Shown piece after piece: positions 1 through 15,576 of a DNA stretch of 64,000 nucleotides. A program made the translations under genes and the position numbers. Position 1 is the stretch's first letter. Every line of letters begins with the position of its first letter. The notes under the pieces were generated by a model. That model was not told where the DNA came from. It was given only the letters and a program-made list of their open reading frames with translations, and searched no databases. Source of the DNA: the human T2T-CHM13v2.0 reference genome, Homo sapiens; the NCBI RefSeq assembly GCF_009914755.1, contig NC_060947.1. The stretch is one strand, 5' to 3'.

Positions 1-1971
1 GATCACCAGACCAATCCTAGGTTTGTGGCTTATGTAAGACCTGGTTGGTAAGCTGGTTATTGTCCTTGTGGCAGCCCAGTAACTGGAAGAAACAACATGC
101 TAGCTAAGGCCAGACATTTTGTACAAGAGAATTTTCTGATTAGTACGAAAAGATAACCAATGTGCAAATATTTGTGATCCAATTGGTGAAATTTCCCAAG
201 TGCTTTTGAGACCTTGGAGAATGTGGCCTTCATGAAGTCATTCTTTGGTTCTCTCTTTCCCCCTTTTTGAAACTTGGCTCTTGAAAAGGAGGGGGAGGGA
301 AAAAGGAGGTGGTCAATCTTTTAGAGAAGTTAGAAAATAATCACTGTAGTTGTGTCAAAGCTGCCCTTTGAGACTATAATAATGATCACATCATAGATTT
401 TAAGGCAGTCTTTCACTCACAGTTTCTAAATTGGAGAGGCTTTTTCCAGGAGACTCAATAGTGACCATAAGGATTGTTGTTAGGCTTCATTATGGCCTGC
501 TTCCATTTTACATCCCCTAATATATTAGGCCATAGAAATCAGAAGTGTGAATTCAGCCTTTCATTTATCATTGTACCTCCCCACTTATCGTTAAATCCTT
601 AATTTTGAAGGCTCAAGTGGCCTATTGTGCTGGCAATTAGCCAATTGCAGGTGCAAAATCTTGATGGCATCCACAGGGAGGCCTTGGTGGGAATTGTCTG
701 AAGAAATGGATCCGTCTTTATGCACTTGGATGCAGAATTTGTGAGGGGATGAGTGTAAAGAATATTAAATGCATAACAGATGACATCCCAGGAAAGAATT
801 GCAAGTGAAAATGAATGTGAAATTGCTTGTCTACGGATTGATCTTCTTTGATTAGGCAAAAAAAAGACCCTTCACTCTAAGCCCTTTACAATAGAAATAC
901 CCAGGATACAGTGGGAATGGAGACATTTAGATGTATACTCCATTGCCATCTGCCTAAAGAGTTCAATAATGGGGTGGCCTTCAATGCCTTTCTGTCTCCA
1001 TTCAATACCAAGGCAAAATGTTCGGGCTTGGAATGTGAGCCCCAGCACAATTTAACCCCCAGCTTTATCTCCCATCACATGCCCTCATGAGCCCTGTGCT
1101 ATAGTCTCCTGTTGTCATCTGAGCCATATCTCTCTCTCTCTCTTTGAAATTCCTTTCCCTGCTTTATATACTCTAACTGATCTGTAAAGATGCACATCAG
1201 GTCCTCATCACTTCTGAGAAACATTTCCAGGTCATTCTAGCCGAAGATAAAATCTTTATCCACCACATTCCTGCTGCACTCTGTATCTCTGTTTTTGTAC
1301 TTAGCCGTGAATTAGAGTGATTTATGTCTCATTGATGTGTGTACTCCTGTAAAACCTAGCTTGGTGCTTTGGCACCGGTTCATTAAATTAATAACAACTG
1401 TATATCCAGTTTAGGAAAAACTTGACATAAGAAAATCCGAGCACATTCTTCTAAATAAGATATGTAAGAATTGGCAACTCATTAACAACTTAATGGAGAG
1501 GCTAGGGGGACCATCAGAGATGGAGAGCTCAATTGTTAGGATAAACTATCAGTTGATGCAATTAGAAATGGAGACAAACCATTTTTAAAACTATAATCAA
1601 AGAGAAAGTGGGAAGTGACTGATGATAGCTTAATTTACACACAATTTTGTGTATCTACAAGCTTTGCTTTATTTTTATTTTTTAGCTACACCTTTCTGAA
1701 ATTTCTTGCATTGTTGTAGGTGGAAAGCTGAATTGGCCCTTTGAATGAGAGCAATGTCTGCTAATGCCATTTATGAATCTAATGCTAGAGGCCAGATTGA
1801 AGAAATGAGACACAGTATTCTATTTTCAACCACCTGGAGGTGTGATCCCTGCTTGGCAAGGTGAACATAGATGAGATGCACTTTTACCTCATCCTAGCCA
1901 GCAGGATTTGGAAAGACCAACCATCAGAGTCAGCAGATTCAAAACTACTATAGCAGGCCGCCTCCTCCATG

Positions 1972-2108
1972 TCTTTTCCTCCCTCCTTCCCTCCCTCTTT
2001 CCCTCCCTCCCTTCTCTTTCTTTTCCTTCCTTCCTTTCTTTCTTTCTCTCTCTCTCTTTCTTTCTTCCTTCCTTCCTTTCCTTTTCTTCCTTCTTTCCTT
2101 CTTTCTTT

Positions 2109-2144
<36 letters not shown>

Positions 2145-2166
2145 TTCTTTCTTTCTTTCCTTCTTT

Positions 2167-2208
<42 letters not shown>

Positions 2209-2286
2209 TTTCTCTCTCTCTCTCTCTCGCTCTCTTCCTCATCTTTCTTTTCTGCCTTTCTTCCTCCCTTTCCTTCTTTCTTTTTC
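1972..2286 (+). repeat. Compound (TTTC)n/(CCTT)n/(CT)n polypyrimidine tract
   Basis: No purine on the + strand from 1972 to 2228 (257 nt), then pyrimidine-rich to about 2286. Confidence 0.97.
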
Positions 2287-3624
2287 ACCCTTATGTTTCT
2301 TTACAGGCAAAGATAAAGGACAAATCAGTTTTCCTTAATGAATAAATGACTCTATGCAAGAGAAAGGGGGAATGATCATTTAATAACTTTACATTATTTC
2401 CCCACACCTCCCTTATTTCTTTAGTCCCAAAGTGAACGTAAATTTCTGTTGGCTGGTATAATTTTTTGCCTGGCTCCAAAATGTTGTCATCAATTCTTGA
2501 AGGTTTGCAGCAAGTTTATATGTCTTTTGTCATCCAGCACAATTCATGCCTGCTTTTTCCTCCTGTGACTTCCATACTAGGGAGGATTAAAGCCCATTTT
2601 AGCCTAAGCAAAACAAAGTGAAGAGGGTAAAATATGCAGCATGCAGAATCAAGAAATGCAACAATGCACTGAGAAGCCAAGGGCTTACTCTCCTCAGCTA
2701 ATGCACCATTTCAAGTCTCTGTCACTGGCCTTCTTGCACATAGAAGGTATGTGATAACTTTGAAAGAGATCGAATGGAATTTTACATTGACAGTGTCGTT
2801 TTGGTGGTTTAAAGTTTAGATGGAGTTGTCAAACCATTATCGTGGCTCTGCATCATAATCTCTAAAAGAAAATTACTGTATGTGAAATTAAAATGAATAG
2901 TTTCTGATTTTCCCATCTCTTTTCTATTCGTGCCTTTAGGGGGCCTTTAAGGACTAGAAGGCAGAATATTATGAAAGGAGATAGATATATTTATTCTACT
3001 CATGAGAAGGCCCAATGCTCTTGGCTTTGCCGCCTGTGAATCATCATGTCTTTCCTCCCTTGAAGGATAAATATGGCATTCATTCCAACCCATTTAGCCC
3101 ATTATTCTTTTGTATATAAAATAGGTCCAATTAAGACATTCTTGTGTTAATTTCTGCATTCTATGTATGGGTAGAAAGAATTTAAAAATATCCATCACAG
3201 CAAATGTCTCAAAATGTTTCATGCATACTGAGCATACCACTCTTGCCCCCCTCCCCAACCCAAAGGCAATAATTCACCCAATCATGGAGATTTGTGATTT
3301 TGTGTTTTCCACTTACCTACATTAAGGCTCTGTGTATGCACAATTCAATATTTAGATGAAGCCATATATTTGTAAATATCTGGTGTTTTTACTAAAAGTT
3401 TTCATTTTTATCCAGATGTCTGACATCATAGAAAATCAGTCTAAGAATCTACTCTTTATATGTTAACTCATTCATGGTTATTCAAGCATACAAACAGAAA
3501 GAGACATGCTTACCTTGTTCTTGTCTGCATCCCCTGCCCCTCCTCAATGAGCGAGGGGGTGGGATCATCATGTTCTGAAGTGTCTAACTGAAATTTCATT
3601 ATGTGTCTTCCACTGGTCATGGAA

Positions 3625-3806
3625 ATTCATTAGACAAGCCACTCTGGGCTTTAATCTTCCATTTACTAGCCGTATGATCTTGGGAAAGTCATTGAACTTC
3701 TCTTTGCAGCTGGCTTCTTTAACTCATAAAAATGAAAAGAACCCAGGGAAGAGTTGGGATCTTATAATTGCCAAGGCACCATTGCAACCCAAAGTTCTGT
3801 GAATTT
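3625..3806 (+). mobile_element. MIR-family SINE fragment
   Basis: MIR core-like tttactagccgtatgatcttgggaaagtcattgaacttctct and a MIR3/MIRc-type 3' end. Boundaries approximate. Confidence 0.6.
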
Positions 3807-3972
3807 CTTTACTTCTACCTTGTATGAAAATTAACAGTTGATGAATATTATTGTGCCAGTGTCCCTTGTGTTATAATTTAGCGTACTTTGAGGTGATGTT
3901 GACATCTTGTGTGTAAGTTGGTATACAATAACCAAAAACATTGTTTTCAAAATTTAAAATAAAAGGACAACA

Positions 3973-5062
<1,090 letters not shown>

Positions 5063-5632
5063 AAAGACCCCTTGAATGTTGAGTGTTGCGTGTTGATGCA
5101 ATTCACACTCGCCTTATGTTTACTCCTTGTAAAATCTTTCTTGTGTATACCTGTTCGATAGAATCAGCGTGTAAGAAGCTCATACAAAATATGTATCCTC
5201 AAGATCGTGTAATATTTGGTTACTAAAAAGATTCACTGCCAGAAGAGATACAACAAAGTTCCTCTGAATTATGAAGTAAAACTTTGATTTAAAAAATGTT
5301 GCTTTCCATTGAAAGGTATCTTTCCACAAGGGAGAACATGATGATAGATCTTTACACAGGAGTGACATCCAGGGAGAGCATTTAGGGTATATATACAATG
5401 AACCTTACTTATTTTCTCTTTCTCTCTCTCTGAGTGTATCTGTACATTTATATTTATGTGTGTATATATTTATGTATGAATATCTATAGTTTATATTATT
5501 AGAAGATGAAAGTTATTTATAACCTGAATTATGTTATTTCTGTGACTAACTCTTTAAAAGTTCTAAATATCTGTTTGAGTCATTAAAAAAAATCTTATTT
5601 TCTTACCTAAGGGACAGTTGAGGTTTATAGCC

Positions 5633-5999
5633 TGTGTTAGTCTGTTATCATGTTGCTATAAAGAACTGCCCAAGATTGGGTAATTCATAAAGGAAAGAGG
5701 TTTAATTGTCTCACAGTTCACAGGGCTGAGGAGGCCTCAGGAAACATACAGTCATGGTGGAAAGGGAAACAAACACATCCTTCTTCACATGGTGGCAGGA
5801 AGGAGAAGTGCCGACCAAAGGGGGAAAAGCTTCTTATAAAACCATCAGATTTTGTGAGAACTCACTCACTATCACAAGAACAGCATGGGAGTAACTGCCC
5901 CCATGATTCAATTATCTCCACCTGGTCCTGACCTTGACACATGGGGATTATTATAATTGAAGGTGAGATTTGGGTGGGACACAGAGCCAAGCCATATCA
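5633..5999 (-). mobile_element. MaLR solo LTR, THE1D-like
   Basis: TG...CA termini (tgtgttagtc ... gccatatca), THE1/MST motifs (aaaggaaagaggtttaattg, ccatcagat...gtgagaactcactcactatcac), perfect 5-bp TSD TAGCC at 5628-5632 and 6000-6004. Confidence 0.92.
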
Positions 6000-8900
6000 T
6001 AGCCTTGAGATTGAATGGATCTAATTTAAAAAAAATACCATTTCATTCCTTTACAAATATTTTGCTTTATGATGACATCAGCAGAAATTGATACAAGGTG
6101 GATTTTTATAAGAGGGCTTCATGTTAGCTGGGACAGTTTATTTAGGCATGGTTATCATTTTCTTATGAAGGAAACAGATTGACCAAAGGGATTCTGCTAT
6201 TCGTAGAAGTGAGCAAGTACTGAACAGGGATAAATTTCTAGTCAAAATGGATGCCTACTGAACAAGACTTTTGGTACTGAAAGAGTATTATGTTGCACCT
6301 TTTGTCTTGCTCATGACCCTAGACCCCACTGCCTGATAACCACCAGAAGGAAAGAACTCCCTATGCCACTGAGTGAAGTTATGATGCAACCTGTCCAGAG
6401 GCCAAAGAATATTAAATGAGAACACCCAAGGACACCAGAAAAAATGAGATAAACATTCTTTTCTTCCTGTTTCTTCCTCAGCTTCTTATATTCTATTTTC
6501 CTTCACTATGACCTATTATTCATCTTCAAAATCCCTCAAACTGGCAGTTTTGAAGGATTCCACATGTAGCCTTGCATACAATCCCTCATGGCTTTCATAA
6601 AGACCGTGTCATTTGTCCTGCATGAGTCCCTCCTGACCTCTCTTATCCTGGGGCTACAGACTTTCTCCAAGATAGCTCAGGTGCTAATGTCAGCAAAACA
6701 AAGCTGATAATGATCGGTACTGTGTGTGGGAGTGCAGTCTGACTATTGAAACAGCACTAGAACAAGGACTTTGGACCAAATACATAGCTGAGCCCAGAGG
6801 TTGCATTATAAAAATGAAATCCCTCAACTTCCTTCCTGCACACACTTCACCTCATTTTGCTGGATGGCTCCAATGTCATTGATGAACATATTCTTTACCA
6901 GAGCTGTTAACAAATAGATTGAGAAAAAGTGGGTTTCATCTTTTATTCCTGTTATTAATCTTCCAAAAGTTGGTAAGATGTCCAGAAGATGAGAGATAGT
7001 TGGAAGATGGAATGCTGCATTAATTTAAGACCTCTGTGTTGATAGAATATTCCAGATATGCCTTCTGTAAACAACTGTATGGGAAAGATTTATCATAGTC
7101 CATGTATCTGAACTCCCAGTTGCATAAGCTACATACAGAAGTCAAACGGATGATATGTACCCAAATATATAACAACAGTTTTTCTCCATCTTGCCTCCCT
7201 AGAGGACTTTCCCAAACCACAGTCTTGATGACTGCTATTTCACACTTTGGCTATGTGATTTTATGAGTTCTGTGTGATCTACCAGCATATTTTTGTTTGC
7301 TTTAGCAATTTTACCAAGAAATACATAATTGAGATTATTGTCCTGACAAAGCATTTTCATCAGTGTGATTAGAAATACATAATTTTGAAGAGTGACAGTA
7401 ATTGCCACCCCAATGTGTATGCACTTTTGAGGTTAGCTCAGAGGGACTAAGTCCTTAGAATGTCGATAACATGAGCGTGCAGATGTAGTCAGCATTGTCA
7501 AACTCCGGAGTTCAGTCTCAACAGAACTGTCACCAGGACTAGAGTCACAGGTGTCAGTTTTTCTTAGGGAAGAGTGTCTTGGGCCATTGGTTGCATAAAG
7601 TAAGGCTTGTCTCTCATTGTTACTCAGTAGTCTAGTAAGTGATGTTCTTAGGAAGTCCATACTTTGTGGTTTGTGGCTAGCAAATGTGAAGGGAATGAGT
7701 TAGGTGGCAGGGGAGCTGTGTTTGTAATAAAGATTGTTTTCATTTTTCCAATAACTCTTCACCTTCGTACCATTGTTATTCATACTATGTGCCTTAGAAC
7801 TCCCAAAATGTAACGTAAGGACCTTTAAAAATATATCTTAATTCATTCATTTTAGAGAAACTGAAATGTACAAATTAGTGCATTTTATCTCTGCTGGTTA
7901 ATTTCTGAATCCTTCATTATGCCCTGGGTTCAATTAAAAAATATATATATATATATTGTTCTTCTAGTGATTTTTGGGTTGTAATATAGACTGATCTTAC
8001 TCTGGAAAAGACATTCTCATCAGAAGACCTGGATTCCAGGCTCTCTAATACTAATTTTGAGCATGCTTTGTGATTTTGAGCAAGTCTTTTTACGTATCCC
8101 TACCTTATCTTAGCTACTCCTCCCTACTGGGACTTTTATTTTTCCTCTAGGAGATTTCTGGAACTTGTTGCCTCCAAAGGAAAAGCAGTGCCTCTTTAAC
8201 TCTGATTTTTAGCAATTGTAGTAACCACCCATTTCATGAAAACCTTTTATCAGAGCTGCCAACTCATACCATAAAGGATGGATTCACATTTTTCAACTCT
8301 TCTATTTTCTGGTCTGCCCTTTGTTGGTGATTTCAATGAGTATCAAAATAGAATCCTTGCACAAGTAACATAACTCTCAGATAGCAAAATGATGATAGAA
8401 AGCACTCTCAAAGGAGAGCTGTGCAAGGCAGTGAATGCTTTATGAGCCAAACAAGCACCTGAGTTTGGAAGAGACGATTCCAGGGAGCTGTCCTGGTCTA
8501 GCTGCCATAGCAGAAGTGATGGCAGGAGCTAAGGACATACCAATTTTTATGCTTTCCTGAATCATGGGATCTGTGATTAGAGCAAGAGCCCTTTTATTGG
8601 ACGAGCTTGGGACAAGTTATTGGTTGGCTAATCAAAAAGTCATTTCAAGCAAGGAATTATTTAGAAATTTTAACATATAAAGCATTTTGTTTTAATGTGT
8701 ATAATATATATATTCATTTTCTAATTTTTGGTGGTCTTTTTTGGAGTATTGGATGACTTATTGAAGTTCCATGTTGACTTTTTTTTGTATAAACCACACC
8801 CTTTATCCATTTCCAGTTTAAGTTTCTTTGAAGTGGAACAGGGCTTACAGGCACTTGGGAAATGATCTCAGCAGTTTTTTAGTGATACATTTTAATCAAG

Positions 8901-9140
8901 TTTCTCTAGATATTCAGCTGAGTTTTTATAGAAACAGTAAGTCTGTTTTTCACTCATATTTAGTCAGTTTATCTTATATTTGTTTCAATTATGTAATCAT
9001 AATAACAACTACAATTGGCATAAACTCTCCTGTGGTGAGAACGCAACTCAACTAACAAGAACATTGTGTTTCAGGCACTCTATTGAAGAGCCCATTAGCT
9101 GTGGATATTTAGCTTTTTTTGAGTAAAATGTGTTAGGATC

Positions 9141-9292
9141 ATCCATTCATTTATTTATTATATTTAGTGAGCTACCTACTATGTGCCAGGTACTCTGCTA
9201 GGTGCTGGGAACATATTGGTGATGCAATAAAATGCCACTGACCAGGAGCTTACATTCTAGTGGGTGAGTCAGAAAGTAAACAAGTAAATATA
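9141..9292 (-). mobile_element. L2 3'-end fragment
   Basis: cattcatttattt...gagctacctactatgtgccaggtactctgctaggtgctggg is the typical reverse L2 tail. Confidence 0.75.
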
Positions 9293-9617
9293 GCTATAGA
9301 GGTTTGTCCTATTTACTTTAGTCTATTATGCATGATTTGCAATTACTAAATTATGATGTTAACATGTCAAGAGCATTAGGACTATACTGCTAATTTAACC
9401 TTGTTACTTTAACATTGTCAATTGTTTACTTGAAATCCAGCACCTGAGTGATTGAAAAGTTTCATATTCTCAAGCCTGAAAGAGTCAAAGTGAAGTGGGG
9501 CATTTTTGTCATGTGATACCTCCTGATGCTTATAAAGTAGATGCAAACAGCAGTTGAGGCAGCCCTTTGCGAAAGCTCTGACAATGATTTCTATTATTCA
9601 GTGCACATGGGTTGAGC

Positions 9618-10026
9618 TGTAGTAGTCAGGGTCCTTCAGAAAAAGAGAACCAGTAGGAGACAGTGTAGTGTAGGTAAATAGAGGGAGAGAGAATTTTACT
9701 TTAAGGGATTGACACACAAAATTGTGGGAGTTGGCACATCTGAAGTCTGTAGGGAAGCCAAGAGGCTGGAAATTCAGGTAAGAGTTGATGTTGCAGTCCG
9801 GAGGCAGAACTTCTTTCCTGGGAAACCTTAGCCCTTGCTTGTGACACCTTCAACTGATTGGATGAGATCCACCCACATTATGGAAGGTTGACTTGACTTA
9901 AAGTCAACTTGTTGTGAACATTAATCACATCTACAAAATCCCTTCCCAGCGACACCTAAACTGGTTTTGACCAGCTGACTGGGGACCATAGCCTGGCCAA
10001 CTTGATATCTGCAGTTTACCATCACA
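9618..10026 (-). mobile_element. ERVL LTR, MLT2 family (MLT2D-like)
   Basis: tgtagtagtcagggt... start; ggctggaaattcaggtaagagttgatgttgcagtc and ccttcaactgattggatgagatccacccacattatgga; ends accatcaca. Confidence 0.82.
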
Positions 10027-13000
10027 AGCACCTACTCTATAGGTGCAGCGCTCAGTGCTGGGAGCTGACAGGCTCAGTTTCTATGCTCAAGAGCTCTAAG
10101 TCAAGACTGTCTGCCTTGAGTATCAGAACCCTACAATGTAGTAGGGAGTCAATTGCTATTGTCTCTTGCGATGTAGTCCCAGGCCAACCTGTGCCAGATT
10201 TCTGGCATAGGCTGTTTGCCTATTCCTGCCACTCTCCTTCCCATGCCACGTTCTCATTCACTTACTCCTTGAACTCAGCATATTATTTGGTAGCCATGGT
10301 TGTATAGTATTTTAACTGAGTTGTCACTAACCTTTTACTCCAACTACACTGTAAGCTCTTCAGGGACATTATGTGTTTGCATCCTGGCAAGGAGGCTGAT
10401 GAAGATGAAGCAGGGGCTTGGTAGAAACAATTCAGGTGCAGTGTGTTGCCATTGATTCTAGTAGGAATTGCCCAGAGATTAAGAAATAAAAATAAAAAGT
10501 CATCAGATTAGTTCTAAAGGTTATAAAGATGGTATCATATAATATAAAGAAATCCACATGCTGTATTTTTCTGGGCAAACCATTGCTCTTTGCTGACCCT
10601 TAGTTTTCTCATATGTAAATGAAAGGGACAGATGAAGTGTTCTCTTTGCTCTAAAAGCCAGTGATTTTAATTGACTTCCATGCAGAAGACCATGAGTGTT
10701 ATTTAGTATTGAAAGAATGGCAAACATTTGTTTTTTCTAAACCTTTGAAAGGCTTAGAGCTGGAAAGAAATTGTTCTTTTTAAGATCTGTGTGAATTGGT
10801 GTGCCTTAAAAAAGTGAAATGATGTGTTTGTATCTCCCATTCCACTGTGCCTAGCTTAGTGCCTGGCACCAAGGAGGTGCATATTAATGTTTGCAGAAAC
10901 TGACTGAGAGAAGAACTTAAATATTGGAGGGTTTATTTTAGTCCTAATATTTTATGTGAATGTATTATCACTTCCATTATATAGTTCATATATATGTCCC
11001 ACTCAAACATTTGAATATATATATATATATATATTTAACTTGGTCTAGAATTTAAACCACTTCAAATCATATGAGGAACAAGAAGAGTTATGTTAATAAA
11101 TATATAGGTAATAAAAATAAAAATAAACAGATAATCTGTTTGCATGGAAGACTCGTGTAGGTATTATGTATTAACATAAAATAACCACAGAGTTTCAAAC
11201 TGCATCAAGCTAGAAAAGCAACTCCAGATTCATAGTCCCAAGTGTGAGCCTCTCCTATCCCAGTTCTTTTGAAAATTTCTGCCTCTTTCAACGTGAGGTT
11301 TCATAATTTGGCCAACACATGTGCCTTTAAAGCCTACAGGGTTGGTAGAAGGTCTGTGATAAGCTGGCAGTTTTGTTATTCAGATAGTGATTTTGTCACT
11401 GCAATTTGACAAAAACTACACATCTAATTTAATTTTTAAGATGTTTCTAAACCAGTAGCTCTAGACATAGCAAGCTAATGTCAAATAACATAGGCTTATT
11501 TTGTAAGGGCCAAGTCTTTAAATTTCTGACTTAGTGGGCAATTTTGAAGTGTCGAATAATGCATCTTCTCACAGTTAAGCTGCTTTGAATCAGCAGAGGT
11601 TTTGCAGTCCGCAGTCCCTTCCCCATCACCACGTCTAACCTCGTCACCAGCCACTTTTTATTCTGAACTCCTCTCCTTTAGCACCTAATTTTGTCATTCT
11701 GTATACACAAAACTATAATGATCTGGGTTAAAATGTGTTTGATTCCAACATAACTTAAAAAAAGCTTTCTCAGGATGTATCAGCATTGAAGTTGCTCCCA
11801 TCTTTTAAAGCAATGCAGCCATATTACCGGCATTATTTTACTTTGTATACCTGCTTCAATATATATCTTATATTGCCTGTGCAGATATTTAACTTGCTGA
11901 TCATAGCAAAATGAGTTTCAATTGATTTATGTATATTTTTTCTTTATGTATAGATATACTTCTTATTGAACAATGATAATCAGAAGGAAAATAAGACTAG
12001 ATTGTTGAAAATCAATGTAATTAGTGTTGATTTCTCTTTACATTTCTTTTTGTTTACATATCATTAGTATTTATAAAGCTAAAATAATATTCACAGTTAC
12101 TTTCAATATAAGAGAAATCACTACTGCCCAAAACTAGACTATAGGGCACCCAAAATCCAGATGGGAAGTAAAATTTCTGTCACATGTCCAATTTTCCCCC
12201 AAATGGTAACAGTCCTTTTTATACTTGCACATCATCTGCATCCTAAACATGTATTCAGAAACATTGATGCGTCTAAGAATGGAGTTATAACAATTGTCCG
12301 AGGATGTCTGGAATTTAGTTTGTACTTAGCCCATAGCAAAATGCAAGTGAACATAAGAAAACCACTTCCAACATTTTGAGTCTCTAGTTATGAGCTCCAT
12401 TTTCTCCATTGTTCTTTTTTTTTGCATGCTAATTAGATGAGTTTGTCTCTTGTGAATCTATCTCTGCAGGCTTCTGTACCATTTCCTTGTGTCTATGAGG
12501 GACCTGTCACTCTTCACTGACTTCATCTTAATAATTTGCTTTCCCTGGGGGCCTTGCTTGTCCACAGGGATTAGCTACTCCAAAGAAGGGATACCTAACT
12601 TGAGGCTCTAAGCTCAGCAGCCAGGCCCTGTCAATAGCTGTGAATAACTGACTTCTGGGCATTCAGCTGCACATGAGCTTCCAGAGGTGCAAGATTGATG
12701 TGTCCCCTGCTGGCTTAGCATGCTGGCCTGTCCTGAGACTAACGTGACTTGTAGAACTGTTACCTTGTCACTGACAGATTTGCTTAGTGGTGCTGACTTT
12801 TGGCCCCTTACTCCTCCCGCCAAAGCAAAGGTCAGTGCAGCAAAAGACATCTTCAAAGGACAGGAGAGTGGTCACTCTTTCCAGTCAGAAAGAGCATGTA
12901 GCTCAGTCAGCCTCATTATCAGTCGCATCTGGCCTCCCACCAATTAGAGGACACTTCATTTAGTGATCTAGTGCTGCCTGTCCCTTCCTCCTCTGGACTG

Positions 13001-13898
13001 GATGGACATCAGAAACTTCAGATGCCAGTTACCTTTCTTTCATTTCTCTAGTCTTATTAATGTGTTACTTTAAAAAAGTCACACTTTCTTTCCTCCATCA
13101 GAAAAATGTCTTTGTTCCTAAAGATAGAGGATCCTTCAGCCATTCTAACTTAGAAGGGAAAGGTAAAATGCATTAGTTCAATTTAAGCACCAAAGACTGT
13201 TATCACCAATGACCTGTTTAAGCAGGGTGTATCATGGGGATTAATGACAGACTCAAGGGAGCTGATGACCCACAGCCAAACCAAAAGGCCATTAACTCCC
13301 ATCAGTTATTTAATTCCTGGGGAAAACCCGTTTGGAGGTAATTATTGCTGTTATAAACTGGACAAAAAACAGAGGTGCACGAGTTATATTAATGAACCCT
13401 GATCATTTTATTTTATAATGTTAATCCAATAAAAAAGTAAATGGTTTTAAAAATTTGAGTTTCACTTTTTAATTTCTAAGGAAATGCTCCTTTGGAAAAA
13501 TTGGTGGTGCCAAGAGAGGCCCAGCAGTTTGGTGGACTCTCCCCCTATTCTGTCTTCAATTCTTAATCTCAGACATGCTGAACTAAAGAGACATGGATGT
13601 CGGGTGGTATTGTCTTAGAGCAGCATCTCTCTACCATTTACTCTTTGTGGTTATTTGTGTTAATATTTAGCCAGACAGGCCTTCTGCTTGCCAGCTTGCA
13701 CCCAAGTCATTTTACTCTCCTGGTGCGAGTTCAGGTCTCTTCTTCACTCCCTCCTCTACTCCCACCTTTGTCAACCATATTTGGCAAGAATGTACTATGT
13801 CCAAGGTGCTGTGTTCTATTGGGTGTAGGTGACATGGATGCATATTTGATATTAAAGACAAAGAGGTTAGATGATAGGATTTCTGAGATGAAAGGGGG

Positions 13899-14340
13899 TG
13901 CATTAGTTTCCTAGGATGGCTGTAACAAACTGCCACAAACTTGGTGTCTTTAACAATGGTTATATTTTTTTCTTACAGTTCTGGAGGCCAAAAGTCTAAA
14001 ATCAAGGTGTCCAGGGCCACACTAGCTCTGAAAGTTTTAGGAAAGAATTCTTCCTTGCTTCTTCCAGCTTCTCATGGTCCCAGGCATTCCTTGGCTTTTG
14101 GCTGCATTACTCCAATCTTTGTCTCCATCTTCACATGGCCTTCTCTGTGTCTCCAATCTCCCTCTCCTTTCTCTCGTAAGGGCACAAGTCAATGGATTTA
14201 GGACCCACCCTAAATTCAGAATGATTTCATCTTGAGATTCTTAATTTAATGCGGTGCTAAATACCCCATTTTCAAATAAGTTCACATTCACGGGTTCTGG
14301 GTGAACATATATTTTGGAGATCACTATTCAAAATACTATA
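13899..14340 (-). mobile_element. MaLR LTR, MLT1B/MLT1C-like
   Basis: tgcattagtttcctaggatggctgtaacaaactgccacaaacttgg...cagttctggaggccaaaagtctaaaatcaaggtgtc...ggatttaggacccaccctaa. Confidence 0.85.
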
Positions 14341-14648
14341 AGACTGGGCATAGTGGTTCATGCCTGTAATCTCAGTGCTTTGGGAGACTAAGGCAGGAGA
14401 TTGCTTGAGGCCAGGAGTTTGAGACCAGCCTGAGCAATCTAGCACTCCATCTCCACAAAAATAAAAAATAAAAAAAATAGCTAGACATGGTGTCATGCAC
14501 CTGTAGTCCTAGCTACTCCAGAGACTGATGTTGGGGAATTACTTGAGCCCAGGAATTTGAGGCTCCAGTGAGCTATACCATGATCCCGCCATTGCACTCC
14601 AACCTGGGTGACAGAGCAAGATTCCATTTCTGAAAACAAAAACAAAAA
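14341..14648 (+). mobile_element. AluJ (old Alu)
   Basis: Dimeric Alu with J diagnostics (ttgcttgaggccaggagtttgagaccagcctg, ttgagcccagga). Degraded TSD aaatactata (14331-14340) / aaatgctaca (14652-14661). Confidence 0.93.
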
Positions 14649-15576
14649 GCCAAATGCTACAGGAAGCAAATTCCAGGCAGGATCATTAGAGAAGACTTAA
14701 TAGAAGAAGTAACCTTTACATTTAGACATGTAGAAGAAACGTTTTTCGAGGTGGAGAGAATATCATGAGGTCAGAGACACAAGACAAAGGAGGGATTGTG
14801 GCAAGGATGGAGTTGCAGAAGGATTGAATGGGGGTCAGCTTGCCCAGGCACAGAATGTAGAGGACAGAGGAGTGAGGGGCAAATTTAGGAGATGGGCATG
14901 GGCCATATTGTAACCATTGGCCTGGGAAAGACTGAACACTGTAAAATAAGACAGGAGACTTTAGAAATGCTTATAAGAGAAAGGTAATGAAAACAGGGCA
15001 GTAGCAATATCAATTGATAGGAAGGACTGGATTCTGAAGGTAAAATGAATGGTCTGGAAGCTTGTAGATTTCATAGATGGATGAATTAGTGTGAACAAAG
15101 AGCAGTAAAGGGAAGGAGGCAAAGATGATGCCCATATGTCATGTCTGTGTGACTGGGGGTTTGGTGAAATTGATTAAAGAAATGAGCAACACAGGACAAG
15201 GAGCAAGTTTGAGAAAAAAATTGTATCATATGAACTTTGAGACATTGGAGGGCCAGGCAGAAATGATCCTCTACTAGGTGAGATTTCAGGGCTTGAGTTC
15301 AAGGGGGTATCACAGGTGTCTTTTATGTAGATTTGGGTGTCTTTTGTGTAGAGCACCCTTCAAAGCTCTGAGATTGGCCAAGCTGGCCAAGGGAAAGCTT
15401 ATGGTGTTCGAGAAAGAGCAAGCACAAGGAGAGCCTTGGGGACTTCCTCAATGGAAGGAGGAGAAGCCAAAGGTGGGAAAGGAGATTGTAAAGAAGAAGC
15501 CAGGGCAGCAGAATTCAGAGCTGGTGAGGCCCATTTTCCTGAAGCCAGGCAGGAAGGTGTCAGGAAAGTGGAACTG

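Noticed and set aside
1-4. Window begins with GATC
   Set aside because: Probably a Sau3AI/MboI clone end or chance; no vector sequence seen.
1884-2345. Four overlapping ORFs rich in K/E/R or F/L/S
   Set aside because: These are translations of the (TTTC)n tract, which lacks stop codons by composition; no evidence of coding.
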